From Antechinus flavipes (lineage: Eukaryota): a stretch of 64,000 nt of DNA. The position numbers were made by a program, and so were the translations under genes. The first letter of the stretch is position 1, and each line of letters begins with the position of its first letter. Where the stretch lies: NCBI RefSeq assembly GCF_016432865.1, contig NC_067401.1, positions 474,486,001 through 474,550,000 of the forward strand, read 5' to 3'. The notes beneath the pieces are model-generated. The model worked only from the letters and a program-made list of their open reading frames with translations. It was not told the origin of the DNA and made no database searches. This document shows, one piece after another, positions 36,992 through 49,391 of this stretch.

Positions 36992-37575
36992 TGGAGCCAG
37001 GAGCGTCTTCCCCGAGTAAGAGTGAGCGCAAGAATCTTCTCCTGGAAAGGCCCCGAGATGGGCCTCGCACTGGAAGGCAGGACCTGCCCTTCTGGGAGCG
37101 GGAGCTCCCCTCTGGAGAAGACCCAGCCTTCCCATCCCGGCGCACGCTCTGGGATCCTCTCCCCTTTCCTCTGCCACCTACCCGTGAACGGGCCTCGGAT
37201 GAGCCCTCGCCACTCGTGCTCGGCTTCTCATTGTTTCTTCCCCGTCCTCCGTGCCCTGCTCACAAGGGCACTGAGAACGTGGGCAAGAACCTCGACCTTG
37301 AGCAAACCAGCCCGTCACTTTCCTTTTCCAAAGGGAAACCGGAAGGTTGATCAGTGGCTCCGGCCCACAAGGAAACCAGGGAATGTTAGCTCCTTGCCCT
37401 TGACCTTCCTCCCATCTCTTTCATTTTCCCTGTTTGTTCCAGAAATTAAGTGAACTCTGAATCAGCGCCCCACCGTCCCCTCCCCTGAGCAATGCCTCAC
37501 CTCCTATAGATCCATTCTAGTAATTTCATCACACTGTATTTTTGTACTAGGGTTTGGAAAATGACTTGTAGTTTA

Positions 37576-37581
37576 ATTAAA
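37576..37581 (+). terminator. TXNDC12: Probable TXNDC12 polyadenylation signal ATTAAA
   Basis: AT-rich end of the GC-rich 3'UTR followed by GU-rich tgcttgtttggggttggtctggtgtc. Confidence 0.55.
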
Positions 37582-38439
37582 CTTTTAAATAATGCTTTAA
37601 AGGAAACTGCTGCTTGTTTGGGGTTGGTCTGGTGTCTGGGGGGTAGATGGGGAGGGACAAAGCCCACGTTGGAACTGTCCCAAAGTGGGGTGAGTTGCCA
37701 CAAAAGGCAGTGAAATGTCTTCTTCCCTGAAGGATCTTCATGTGGAGACTGGATGACCACTTGCTAGGAATATTCCAAGGGTGTCCCTGTTCACTCTGGG
37801 GTTGGACAGAATGATAAAACACTGAATTTGAGGCTTGAAGGTTCAAGACCCAGCTCGTGCCTTAGCTTTGTGACCCAAGTCATAAGGTTTCTCAGGGCTT
37901 CAGCTGGTCTCCCTATTGGTCTCTGTTCTCTAGGGACCCCTCGGGTTTCATTGCTTGATCCTAGGAAGCCGAGGCCCCAAATTCTGTGAGGGTAATGACT
38001 GACTCACCTTCCCAGAACTGAAAGACCCTGCTCTGGCCCTGGGAGGGCTCAGAAAGGTGGAGGTGGCAGGAGGTGCTATCCGAGCCGAGCCCCAGTGATT
38101 CCAGGAAGTGGAGGGGAAGGAGGGCGTGTATTCGAGCTATGAGACGGTTGATATAAAGGCAGGGAGGTGGGAGAGGGAATGTTTTCTCTCTGGAACAGCA
38201 ACTAAAGTCTGGGAAGGTAGATCAAGCCAGCTGATGAGGGGAGCTGCTCCAAGTCAGCAGATTGGAAAAACAATTCTCAAAGTACTATTAATCATTGATT
38301 ACAAACGATTAATCATATGAAGGATGCTCTATATCACTAATAAGAAAAATTGAGATCAAATCAACCCTGAGGTTTTAGCTTATATCCAGCAAACTGACAA
38401 AAAGGAATAGTCGGTGTCAGAGAGGTCCTGGAAAGGGAG

Positions 38440-38690
38440 ATAAACTTGTTTGTCCTTTGCTCTCAAAGAGGACCAATGACATTACAGGGGCGAGTCTTGA
38501 CTCTCAGACTAACTGGATTTAAGTGAGGCAGAATGGAATAAAGTCTCCAGCCTCACTTCTCCAGTCATCCAAGTCCAGTGGCAGGACAAAAGTCAAGACG
38601 GCTGGTAATGGCCCAGGATGCAGTGGGTGGCCTTGCCCTTTCTACATTAAAGTCTTTCCCTGGTCTCAGCTTGTCTGAAGCAATGCCCAT
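38440..38690. mobile_element. Marsupial SINE-like repeat (WALLSI/Mar-type, family uncertain)
   Basis: tttgtcctttgctctcaaagaggaccaatgac...ggatttaagtgaggcag...ggcccaggatgcagtgg. Confidence 0.55.
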
Positions 38691-38729
38691 TCAATGATTG
38701 AGGGCTAAGTAATAATTTGAGAAAAAAAG

Positions 38730-39300
38730 CTTCGTTTATCATCACAGAAATAACTGGGAAGGGAAACCTCGAGATTTCTGGCCAGGACAAAGACCAAATG
38801 GCTATTTACACATTCTAAGCCTTCAAAATCCGAAGACCCATGAAAGCATCATTGGTAGAACTACAAATCAGCACCACCATTTAAAAAAGCAATTTAGAAA
38901 GCTACAAATAAAGTGGCTAAAATGTCTCCACCCTTTGACCTGGAAGATTCACCGCCAGGCATGTAGACCAACAAAAAAGGGCCTTTTAGCAGCATTAGTT
39001 GGGGTAGCCAAGGGCCAGGGGCGCAGCAGATACCCTAGCACTGGGTAATGTGAATGTCATCGACTTGTGTGTCGCAAGGAACAGCAGATATGATGAATAC
39101 AGAGAAACTTGGAAGAACTTCGTGAACGGATGCAAACTGACGTAAGCAGAACTAAGGAGACTGTGCAGGAGGATGACTACGATGTACATGGGAGAAAGTC
39201 ACCATGAAAATCAAAATTACAAAGGATATGATATGACAAGACGTCTCCATCCTCTCGCACAGATGGGGATCCCCAGGTGAGGGATGTTGCATGTATTGTC
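38730..39300 (+). mobile_element. Old degenerate L1 ORF2 3' end
   Basis: ccctttgacctgg...gatgaatacagagaaacttggaagaac...gtaagcagaactaagg. Confidence 0.65.
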
Positions 39301-39624
39301 AGACTTGGGAGGGATGGGGAAGGGGGAAGGGAAAGAAGGAAACATTAAGTGGCCACTGCATCCCAGGCACGGAGCTAAGCGCTTTACAAATGTTTGATCT
39401 TCACAACCCCAGAAGGTAGCTGCTGTTATTAGTTGTATTTTAGAGTGGAGGGAACTGAGACAAATGAATTTGAAGTAACTTGCCTAGACTTACAGTGAGG
39501 CTGGAGTTAAACTTGGGTCTTCCTGGCTTTAGACCCAACATTCCATCCACATCATCACTTCTAATTAGCGATCATTTTCTTCTTTCTCTCTTTAAAAAAA
39601 AAAAATTATTATTATTATTATTAT

Positions 39625-39745
39625 TTTGTGAGGCAATTGGGGTTCAGGGACTTGCCCAGAGTCACACAGCTAAGAGGTGTTAAGTGTCTGAGGCAGATTT
39701 GAACTCAGGTCGTCCTGATTTCAGGGCCACCCAGCTGCCCCTCCC
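39625..39745 (-). mobile_element. Marsupial CORE SINE (WSINE1-like)
   Basis: tgaggcaattggggttcagggacttgcccagagtcacacagct...tttgaactcaggtcgtcctga...cagctgccc. Confidence 0.8.
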
Positions 39746-40010
39746 CCCCTTCTTATAGCGAAGCGGTCACCAGCCCATTAAGTAACTGGCCCAAGGTCTC
39801 CCAGGTCAAATCAGTGGATCGGCCCCATGTCCTCCTGTACAAATTCTGCCCCTTTCATGGCGCCCTGCTTCTCTCCTTCTCCCTCATCCTCGGGCTCTGT
39901 TTCTTTCCCTTCTTCCCTTTGCCTTCCCTCCCAGCCGGCTCCTCTTCCCAAATTTAGCCACTTTATTAAAGGGGCCTTGGACAGCGACGGGTAGGCCGCA
40001 GCTTCCTTGT

Positions 40011-40030
40011 TGGACACTAGAGGGCAGCAT
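40011..40030 (+). promoter_or_regulatory. CTCF-binding motif TGGACACTAGAGGGCAGCAT
   Basis: Close match to the CTCF core (CCAC[C/T]AG[A/G][G/T]GGCAG) in unique, locally CpG-retaining sequence. Confidence 0.6.
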
Positions 40031-40759
40031 CTGCTTGCCGCTGGCTGGCTCTGCTCTGGCTGGCCAATCCCCAGCAGTCAGTAATCTGCAGATAATTAGG
40101 CAGAGAATCCGATGGATTACCTTGATGAGCGCCAGGGGTCTCAGGATCTCCAGACTCCATTTGCTATCACTTATCCCCAATCCCACCTCCAGCCTCCTGA
40201 GGCCGAGGCCCCCACATGGGGAAAAGCCTTGACCAAAGTGCCACAGCAAGTGTGTTCCACATGCACCATGGGAGGAAATGCTAAATTTCAGGGCGTAAGT
40301 GGAGGTCAAACCATACTTGGCTTTTTCTTTCTTATTTTTGAGCATCCGTGTTTTCATTCACAACTGACATGACTAACATGGAAACATGTTTTGCATTTAT
40401 GCAAATAATCATTTGTTTTCTCCTCGTGGAGGAGGGAAGGGAGAGAATTTGGAACTCAGCTTTTTTAAAGGCTAAAGATGCTTTTGAAAGAAATTGGGGG
40501 AAATAAAATATTAAATTGTTTTTTTTAAAAAATAAGTTAATGGAAATAAAGATGTCACCTTTTTTTCAAGAGTTCTCCCTCCCCCACTAAAATTTGCCTA
40601 CGGACCCCTAAGGGTTTGAGACACACAGAGGAAAGCTTCCTGATCCAGTCTAATCTTTTCCTTATATGAGTGAGGAAACAGATTCAAAGAGGGAAAGGGA
40701 CTTCTTATCCCAAATCGGGCTGCAATTAGACACAGCCCCGCGTCTCACACAATCTAGCA

Positions 40760-41660
40760 AGATGAAGTCAAAATGGTTATATGGTTTAGCTATAAAAGGC
40801 AATATAAGCAAATTGGGGAAGTATAAAAAAAATTCTTAGAGCTATGGATAAGAATTTATGATTAATCGAGAGAGGATCATGGGAAGTAAAATAGATAATC
40901 TTGATTACATTAAATTTAAAAGATCTTGCAAAATTAGAAGGAAAGCAGGAAACTGGGAATGTACAGTGAGTTTCTCTGATAAAGGTTTCATTTCTCAACT
41001 CTAAGGAGAACAGAGCCAAATATCTAAAAATTAAAAGTCATTTCTTAATTGATCAATGGTCGCAGGATATGAACAAGCAGTATTCAGAAGAAATTAAGTC
41101 ATATAAAATGCTTTAAATTTTTAATAATGAGAGAAATGATTAAAACAACTCTGAAGTACCACCTCACACCTATCAGATGGGTTAACATGACAGAAAAGGA
41201 AAATGATGTTAGATGCTAATATATTCTTGGTAGAATTGTGAATTGATCCATCTTTCTAGAGAACAATTTGGAAAAAGCCCAAAGGGCTATAAAACTGTGC
41301 ATATCCTTTGATCAGTAAAGTCCCTAGTAAGTCTGTATCCCAGAGAGATCAAAGAAAAAGAAAAAAGACCCAAAGTTAAAAAAAGAAAAATGAAAAAAGA
41401 CCTAAAGTAAATACAAAAGTATTTATAGCAGCTCTTTTTGTGATGGCAGAGAATTGGAAATTGATGGGATACCCGTTAACTGGGGAATGGCTTAGACAAG
41501 GTATGGTATATGATGGTCGTGGAATACTATTGTGCTTAAGAAGTAATACAGGGAATTGTTTCAGAAAAAAACAACTGGGAAGACATATATAAATTGTTAG
41601 AAAATGAAGTGAACAGAACCAGGAAAATATGGTATACAGTTACAAAGTAAATATTTAAAA
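40760..41660 (+). mobile_element. Old frameshifted L1 ORF2 3' end
   Basis: Degenerate version of the same ORF2 segment as the adjacent young copy (aaaacaactctgaagtaccacctcacacctatcaga, gcagctctttttgtgatggcagagaattggaaa). Confidence 0.8.
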
Positions 41661-41733
41661 ACTCTTAAAACCAGATAATTTAATGACATTTGAATCAAAG
41701 TAAAAAGATTTGATTTACAAAAGGCTTTGATTA

Positions 41734-43413
41734 AGTCGAGAATCTCAAGGGAATTAATGAAAAAAAAATCAAATGAAGGTGGTCTAGCTGTACCTGATCT
41801 AAAATTATATTATAAAGCAGCAGTCACCAAAACCATTTGGTATTGGCTAAGAAATAGATTAGTTGATCAGTGGAAAAGGTTAGGTTCACAAGACAGAATA
41901 GTCAACTATAGCAATCTAGTGTTTGACAAACCCAAAGATTCTAAATTTTGGGATAAGATTTCATTATTTGATAAAAACTGCTGGGATAACTGGAAATTAG
42001 TATGGCAGAAATTAGGCAAGGACCCACACTTAACACCACATACCAAGATAAGATCAAAATGGGTCCATGACCTAGGCATAAAGAACGAGATTATAAATAA
42101 ATTAGAGGAACATAGGATAGTTTATCTCTCAGACTTGTGGAGGAGAAAGAAATTTGTGACCAAAGATGAACTAGAGACCATTATCGATCACAAAATAGAA
42201 AATTTTGATTATATCAAATTAAAAAGCCTTTGTACAAACAGAACAAATGCAAACAAGATTAGTAGGGAAGCAACAAACTGGGAAAACATCTTTACAATTA
42301 AAGGTTCTGATAAAGGCCTCATTTCCAAAATATATAGAGAACTGACTCAAATTTATAAGAAATCAAGCCATTCTCCAATTGATAAATGGTCAAAGGATAT
42401 GAACAGACAATTTTCAGATGAAGAAATTGAAACTATTACCACTCACATGAAAGAGTGTTCCAAATCACTATTGATCAGAGAAATGCAAATTAAGACAACT
42501 CTGAGATATCACTACACACCTGTCAGATTGGCTAAGATGACAGGAAAAAATAATGATGAATGTTGGAGGGGATGCGGGAAAACTGGGACACTGATGCATT
42601 GTTGGTGGAGTTGTGAACGAATCCAGCCATTCTGGAGAGCAATCTGGAATTATGCCCAAAAAGTTATCAAACTGTGCATACCCTTTGATCCAGCAGTGTT
42701 TCTATTGGGCTTATACCCCAAAGAGATACTAAAAAAGGGAAAGGGACCTCTATGTGCCAAAATGTTTGTGGCAGCTCTGTTTGTAGTGGCTAGAAACTGG
42801 AAAATGAATGGATGCCCATCCATTGGAGAATGGCTGGGTAAATTGTGGTATATGAATGTTATGGAATATTATTGCTCTGTAAGGAATGACCAGCAGGATG
42901 AATACAGAGAGGCTTGGAGAGACCTACATGGACTGATGCTAAGTGAGATGAGCAGAACCAGGAGATCACTTTATACTTCGACAATGATATTGTATGAGGA
43001 TGTATTCTGATGGAAGTGGATTTCTATGACAAAGAGACTTAACTGAGTTTCATTGGATAAATGATGGACAGAAACAGCTACACCCAAAGAAGGAATACTG
43101 GGAAATGAATGTGAACTATTTGCATTTTTGATTTTTTTCCCGAGTTATTTTTACCTTCTGAATCCAATTCTCCCTGTGCAGCGGGAGAACTGTTCGGTTC
43201 TGCAAATATGTATTGTATCTAGGATATACTGCAACATATTTAACATGTATAGGACTGCTTGCCATCTTGGGGGGGGTGGAAGGAGGGAGGGGAAAAAACG
43301 AAGCATAAGCGATTGCAAGGGATAATGTTGTATAAAAATTATCCTGGCATGGATTCTGTCAATGCAAAGTTATTATTAAATAAAATGAAATTTAAATAAA
43401 TAAATATTTTTTA
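41734..43413 (+). mobile_element. Young 5'-truncated L1: stop-free ORF2 C-terminus (to 43010), 3'UTR, A-rich tail, perfect 15-bp TSD
   Basis: 427-codon ORF with CWRGCGKTGTLMHCWWSC knuckle; AAAAGGCTTTGATTA at 41719-41733 and 43414-43428. Confidence 0.96.
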
Positions 43414-44185
43414 AAAAGGCTTTGATTATTATCAACTTTTAAAGAATATATTTATTGTATAAAGCAAAGAAAAAAAGATAAATCTCCATCTATGCTTTCA
43501 TCTAAATCATCAGTAAAGCAAAAGGTCAAGCATAGATCCCTGTGGCCCTCCATTAGAAACTATTTTCCAAACTGACATTGACCCATTAACATCAACTCTT
43601 TGAATTTGACTGTTCGGTGAGTTCCAAATCCATCTGTCAACTAGCCCAGGTTTTTTAATTTATTTTTTTTCAATGATCAGAAACTTATTTTTGTCTCTTC
43701 TACTCCACCTCCCTTTAAAAAAGAAAAAAGAAAATCAAAACCTTTGTAGGAAATATGTATAGTCAAACAAAACAAATTCCGACGCAGAACATGTCCAAAA
43801 AGTAAAAAATAAACACCCAGTCATTTTGCACCACGTTGATCCCTTTTCCATGCGGTAAGAGCAGGCTTTATCAAGTGTCCTCTAGAATTGTGGGTGAATG
43901 CAGCATTGATCAGTGTTTTCAAGTCTTTCAAAGTTGCTTCATGTTACAATAATGTCATTATTATAGAAATATAGATATGTCTCTGTTTTGCTCATTTTGC
44001 TTTACATCATTTCATTTAAGTCTTTCCAGATCTCTAAAAACAACTGTCAAACATTTCTTCTAGGACAATCATATCTATGTACCACAATTTATTTGACTAT
44101 TCTCCGATTGATGGATACATCATTAGTTTCTAGTTTTCTGTTACCACAAAAAGAGTTGCTATACATTTTCTTGCATCATTTTTCT

Positions 44186-47100
44186 CTTTCTTTGATTTGC
44201 CTCTTCAGAGGTAACTAGATGGTACAATGGATAAGGGGAGTCAAGAGGACCTGAGTTTAAATTTGTGTTACCCTGGGCAAGTCACTTAATCCAAAATTGT
44301 CTCCCAAATAAATCTTTACCAAAGGCAGAATTGGCTTCAGAAAGGAAAGACCTCCTTTCTTGCTTAGGGAGAAGACAAATATGGTTCTAGATCTTCTTCA
44401 GAGATAGATCTGTGGTGAGAGAGAAAAGATTTGGGGAAGTGGCAAATGTGGAGAGAAGCCATTAGCTTACCATGTCCTTGGCTGACAGCTTAGAGACTGT
44501 AGGGAACTTCCTCTTGGATGAAACTGGAGACTCTCTCCATTGAATCTCACCAAGTTTGGAATCTCCAACTGGAATGAAAAGAATAAAGAAGTTGTCCAAG
44601 TTCTGAAGCCCATTTGTCAGAGGCTGGATAGTCCTCAAAGGACTTTCTCTAAAGAACTTTTTCTTTAAAGGGCACCAAGAGAAAAAAGAGTAAAGAGTTA
44701 CCGATTTCTCCCAAACTTGAATAAAGCAAAGACTTTGACTGAGGCTAGTTCAGGCCTTAGAAAAACACTACTTATTTCATCTATGACATGAATCAGTCAT
44801 GATGTTAAGGTGTCCCCAAGGCCCTTTTCTTTTAGGCCATGGTAATTCCCCTGGAAGCCAATGCTCTATCATCCTCTCCTTTGAAAGGTTTCATAATTTG
44901 AGCAAACTGATGGGTGGTGTTTTACTTTTATTTTTACATTTTAATATTTTATTTTCCTTTTTTATTTTATGTATCTTATTGTATGCGAAATAAAATATAT
45001 AGGAATACGGAGGAAACTGATAATAAAATGGACAGGTAAGTGATATAGCGCATAGAATGCTGGGCCTGGAGTTAGGAGAGCCTTTACTGGACAAGTCACT
45101 TAATGCTATTTGCTTCAGTTTCCTCATCTGGGTAAATTGCTTAACCTTTCTTCATTAGTAAAATGGGAGATAATAATAGTATTTATTTCCCAGAGTCATT
45201 GGGAGGATCAAATAAGATCATATTTCTAAAACACTTTGCAGTGTTTTAAAGCACTATAGAAATGCTTTTTTGTTTGTTCTTTAATTTTCTTTTCCCCAAT
45301 TACATGTGAGAACAATTTTAACATTCATTTTTAAACTCTGAGCTCCAAATTCTCTCCCTTTCTCCCTCTCCACTCCCCACTGAGAAAGCAAGCAATTTAA
45401 TATAAGTTATAAGTGTGTAGTCGTGCAAAACATAGTTCCATAATAGTTATGTTGTGAAAGAAAACATGGACCCCCCCAAAAAAAAACTCAATAAAAATAG
45501 AGAAAATAAACAAATAGTCATATCCAACTCTTCTTGGTCCATTTGGGGTTTTCTGAAACAGTTTGCCATTTCTTTCTCCATCTATTTTATAGATGAGGAA
45601 ACTGAGGCAGAGAGGGTAAAGTGACTTGCCCAGGGACACACAATTAGTAAATATCTGAGGCTGTCTTTGAATTCAGAGAGCTGTCTTCCTGACTCCAGGT
45701 CCAGCGCCCTCTAATAGTTAGTAGCTATTTTATTATTTGGGCTACTACCAACCTCACAAAGCTTCTTTGCTTCTGCCATCTAGACTTCCATAATACTAGT
45801 GCCTTCTCTCCATTGATTAACTTCAGCTTATTCTATCCATGTCCTGTTTGTACTAATTATTTGCACGTCATCCCCACTCCCACCCCTTTAGATGCTGCAA
45901 TCCTTCAGGGAAGGAACTGGGGTATTTTTTTTTCTTTCTTTGATTTGCCTCTTCAGAGGTAACTAGATGGTACAATGGATAAGGGGAGTCAAGAGGACCT
46001 GAGTTTAAATTTGTGTTACCCTGGGCAAGTCACTTAATCCAAAATTGTCTCCCAAATAAATCTTTACCAAAGGCAGAATTGGCTTCAGAAAGGAAAGACC
46101 TCCTTTCTTGCTTAGGGAGAAGACAAATATGGTTCTAGATCTTCTTCAGAGATAGATCTGTGGTGAGAGAGAAAAGATTTGGGGAAGTGGCAAATGTGGA
46201 GAGAAGCCATTAGCTTACCATGTCCTTGGCTGACAGCTTAGAGACTGTAGGGAACTTCCTCTTGGATGAAACTGGAGACTCTCTCCATTGAATCTCACCA
46301 AGTTTGGAATCTCCAACTGGAATGAAAAGAATAAAGAAGTTGTCCAAGTTCTGAAGCCCATTTGTCAGAGGCTGGATAGTATTCAAAGGACTTTCTCTAA
46401 AGAACTTTTTCTTTAAAGGGCACCAAGAGAAAAAAGAGTTACCAATTTCTCCCAAACTTGAATAAAGCAAAGACTTTGACTGAGGCTAGTTCAGGCCTTA
46501 GAAAAACACTACTTATTTCATCTATGACATGAATCAGTCATGATGTTAAGGTGCCCCCAAGGCCCTTTTCTTTTAGGCCATGGTAATTCCCCTGGAAGCC
46601 AATGCTCTATCATCCTCTCCTTGGAAAGGTTTCATAATCTGAGCAAACTGATGGGTGGTGTTTTACTTTGATTTTTACATTTTAATATTTTATTTTCCTT
46701 TTTTATTTTATGTATCTCATTGTATGCGAAATAAAATATATAGGAATACGGAGGAAACTGATAATAAAATGGACAGGTAAGTGATATAGCGCATAGAATG
46801 CTGGGCCTGGAGTTAGGAGAGCCTTTACTGGATAAGTCACTTAATGCTATTTGCTTCAGTTTCCTCATCTGGGTAAATTGCTTAACCTTTCTTCATTAGT
46901 AAAATGGGAGATAATAATAGTATTTATTTCCCAGAGTCATTGGGAGGATCAAATAAGATCATATTTCTAAAACACTTTGCAGTGTTTTAAAGCACTATAG
47001 AAATGCTTTTTTGTTTGTTCTTTAATTTTCTTTTCCTCAATTACATGTGAGAACAATTTTAACATTCATTTTTAAACTCTGAGCTCCAAATTCTCTCCCT

Positions 47101-47683
47101 TTCTCCCTCTCCACTCCCCACTGAGAAAGCAAGCAATTTAATATAAGTTATAAGTGTGTAGTCGTGCAAAACATAGTTCCATAATAGTTATGTTGTGAAA
47201 GAAAACATGGACCCCCCCAAAAAAAAACTCAATAAAAATAGAGAAAATAAACAAATAGTCATATCCAACTCTTCTTGGTCCATTTGGGGTTTTCTGAAAC
47301 AGTTTGCCATTTCTTTCTCCATCTATTTTATAGATGAGGAAACTGAGGCAGAGAGGGTAAAGTGACTTGCCCAGGGACACACAATTAGTAAATATCTGAG
47401 GCTGTCTTTGAATTCAGAGAGCTGTCTTCCTGACTCCAGGTCCAGCGCCCTCTAATAGTTAGTAGCTATTTTATTATTTGGGCTACTACCAACCTCACAA
47501 AGCTTCTTTGCTTCTGCCATCTAGACTTCCATAATACTAGTGCCTTCTCTCCATTGATTAACTTCAGCTTATTCTATCCATGTCCTGTTTGTACTAATTA
47601 TTTGCACGTCATCCCCACTCCCACCCCTTTAGATGCTGCAATCCTTCAGGGAAGGAACTGGGGTATTTTTTTTTCTTTCTTTG
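44186..47683. repeat. Tandem duplication: unit 1 44186-45933 (1748 bp), unit 2 45934-47674 (1741 bp)
   Basis: Near-identical units read side by side; about ten substitutions and one 7-bp indel; TCTTTCTTTG at all three boundaries. Confidence 0.95.
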
Positions 47684-48224
47684 TATCCCTAGCCCTTAGC
47701 ACAAGGTCTTGAACACAGTCAGCAAGCATTAATAATGCCATATTGCAAATTTAAGGTGATTATTTTTTATCTTTGATTTTAATATTTTATTTTCCCCAAT
47801 TACATGGAAAACTTTTTTATAATTTTTAATATTTATTTTTAAACTCGAGTTCCAAATGCTTTCCAGTCTTCATTCTCTACCTCCCTCATTGAGAAGGGAA
47901 GCAGTTTAATATAAGTTAGACATGTGTAGTCATGCAAAACATGTTTCCATAATAGTTATGTTATGGAAGAAAACAAAGACAAACAAACTCAAGAAAGATA
48001 AAGAAAAATAAAAAAGTATGCTTCAATTTGTATTCAGACACCAAACATTCTCTAGCAGTTTTTTTTTTTAAAGAGTTGCCTTTTTCAGCACCCAGTGATA
48101 ATTTAGCTGAGCCTTATAAAAGATATGAATGAAGAGTTTTGACACAGGGAATGAAAAATAGCCCTACTATGTGTCAAATGTATGCGGCTGCTACTTTGTC
48201 TACTGCACCAAATAGCTGCTCCTT

Positions 48225-48340
48225 GAGGCAACTGGGGTTAAGTGACTTGCCCAAAGTCACACAGCTAGATGTGTTAAGTGTCTGAGTTCAGGTTTGAACT
48301 CAGGTCCTCCTGACTTCAGGGCTGCTGCTCTAGGCCATTG
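48225..48340 (-). mobile_element. Marsupial CORE SINE (WSINE1-like)
   Basis: tgaggcaactggggttaagtgacttgcccaaagtcacacagct...tttgaactcaggtcctcctgacttcagg. Confidence 0.8.
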
Positions 48341-49391
48341 AGCAGGAGATGGAAGTCCAGGCTGAAGAGTTCCCATAGTTTCCATTTGTTCATTTACTTC
48401 CTCCGTTTCTTCAATTTTTCATTATAAGTCCATCAGAGTTGCCTCGGATCATTGTAGTGCTGAGAATAACTAAATCATTCCCAGCCGATCACTTTAGAAT
48501 ATTGCTGTTACGTTGTACATAGTACTTTTCACTTTGCATCAGCTCATGGAAGTTTAAGGCAATTATTTTTATCACTAATATTATTTCATCCCATTCCCTC
48601 ATTTTGTATACCAAAGTTCTGGAAAAGGTTCAAGTTAATTCCACAGTCACATAGGGAATAAATGATAGAGCCGGGAGTTTGGCCCCAGTGCTCTGATTCC
48701 TAATCCATCCCAGTTTTTATGGTTCCACTAGAAATTCGAGTCTTTATAATTCTTTCGTCTTTAAGAACCAGAGCACCAGTCAAAGTGAGCGGCTCAGGTC
48801 TCTACTAGACTTTTCTGCAGGATGGGATGGAATCTCACTCCTCAGAGAAGGCCGTGCCCTTGGGAGCCTGGCCCAACAACTGTTGCAGACCCCTTTCCCC
48901 CTGACACCAGCTTCTGCTCTCTGCCTCAGTTGTCAAGGGGTGTTGCTAAGGCTGGATCCTCATGAGATCTCCTTCCCTTGGTATTGTCAAGGATGTTTTT
49001 CTTCTTTTGGGAGAAGCAAATGTTTTTCTCTGGTGATCTTATTTGGGAATATAATGTCCACCCTTCAATAATTTAATACAATAAGTACTTTTAAAAAGCA
49101 TCTCCTGTGTAACTAGGGCAGCTAGGTGGTACAGTGGTTAGAGTGCCCGGCCTGTACTCTGAAAGACTCATATTCCTGAACTCAAATCTAGTTTCAGACA
49201 TTTACTACCTGGGCAAATCACTTAACCTTGTTTGCCTCAGTTTCTTGAACTAGAAGAGGAAGTGGCAAACCATTTCTGACTTTGGCAAGAAATGCTTCTG
49301 AGGTTAAACCTGAACTCAGATCCTCCCGCCTCCAGGCCCAGAGCCCCATGCACTATGGCATCGTCTAGTTACCCTAATGATAATACACATG

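Noticed and set aside
36992-37580. SECIS / selenocysteine recoding of the TXNDC12 TGA
   Set aside because: The TGA follows the terminal QDEL, not the CxxC site; I could not identify a SECIS core with apical AA.
45397-47380. Identical 80-aa ORFs at 45397-45639 and 47138-47380
   Set aside because: Made of SINE and L1-UTR sequence; identical only because of the tandem duplication.
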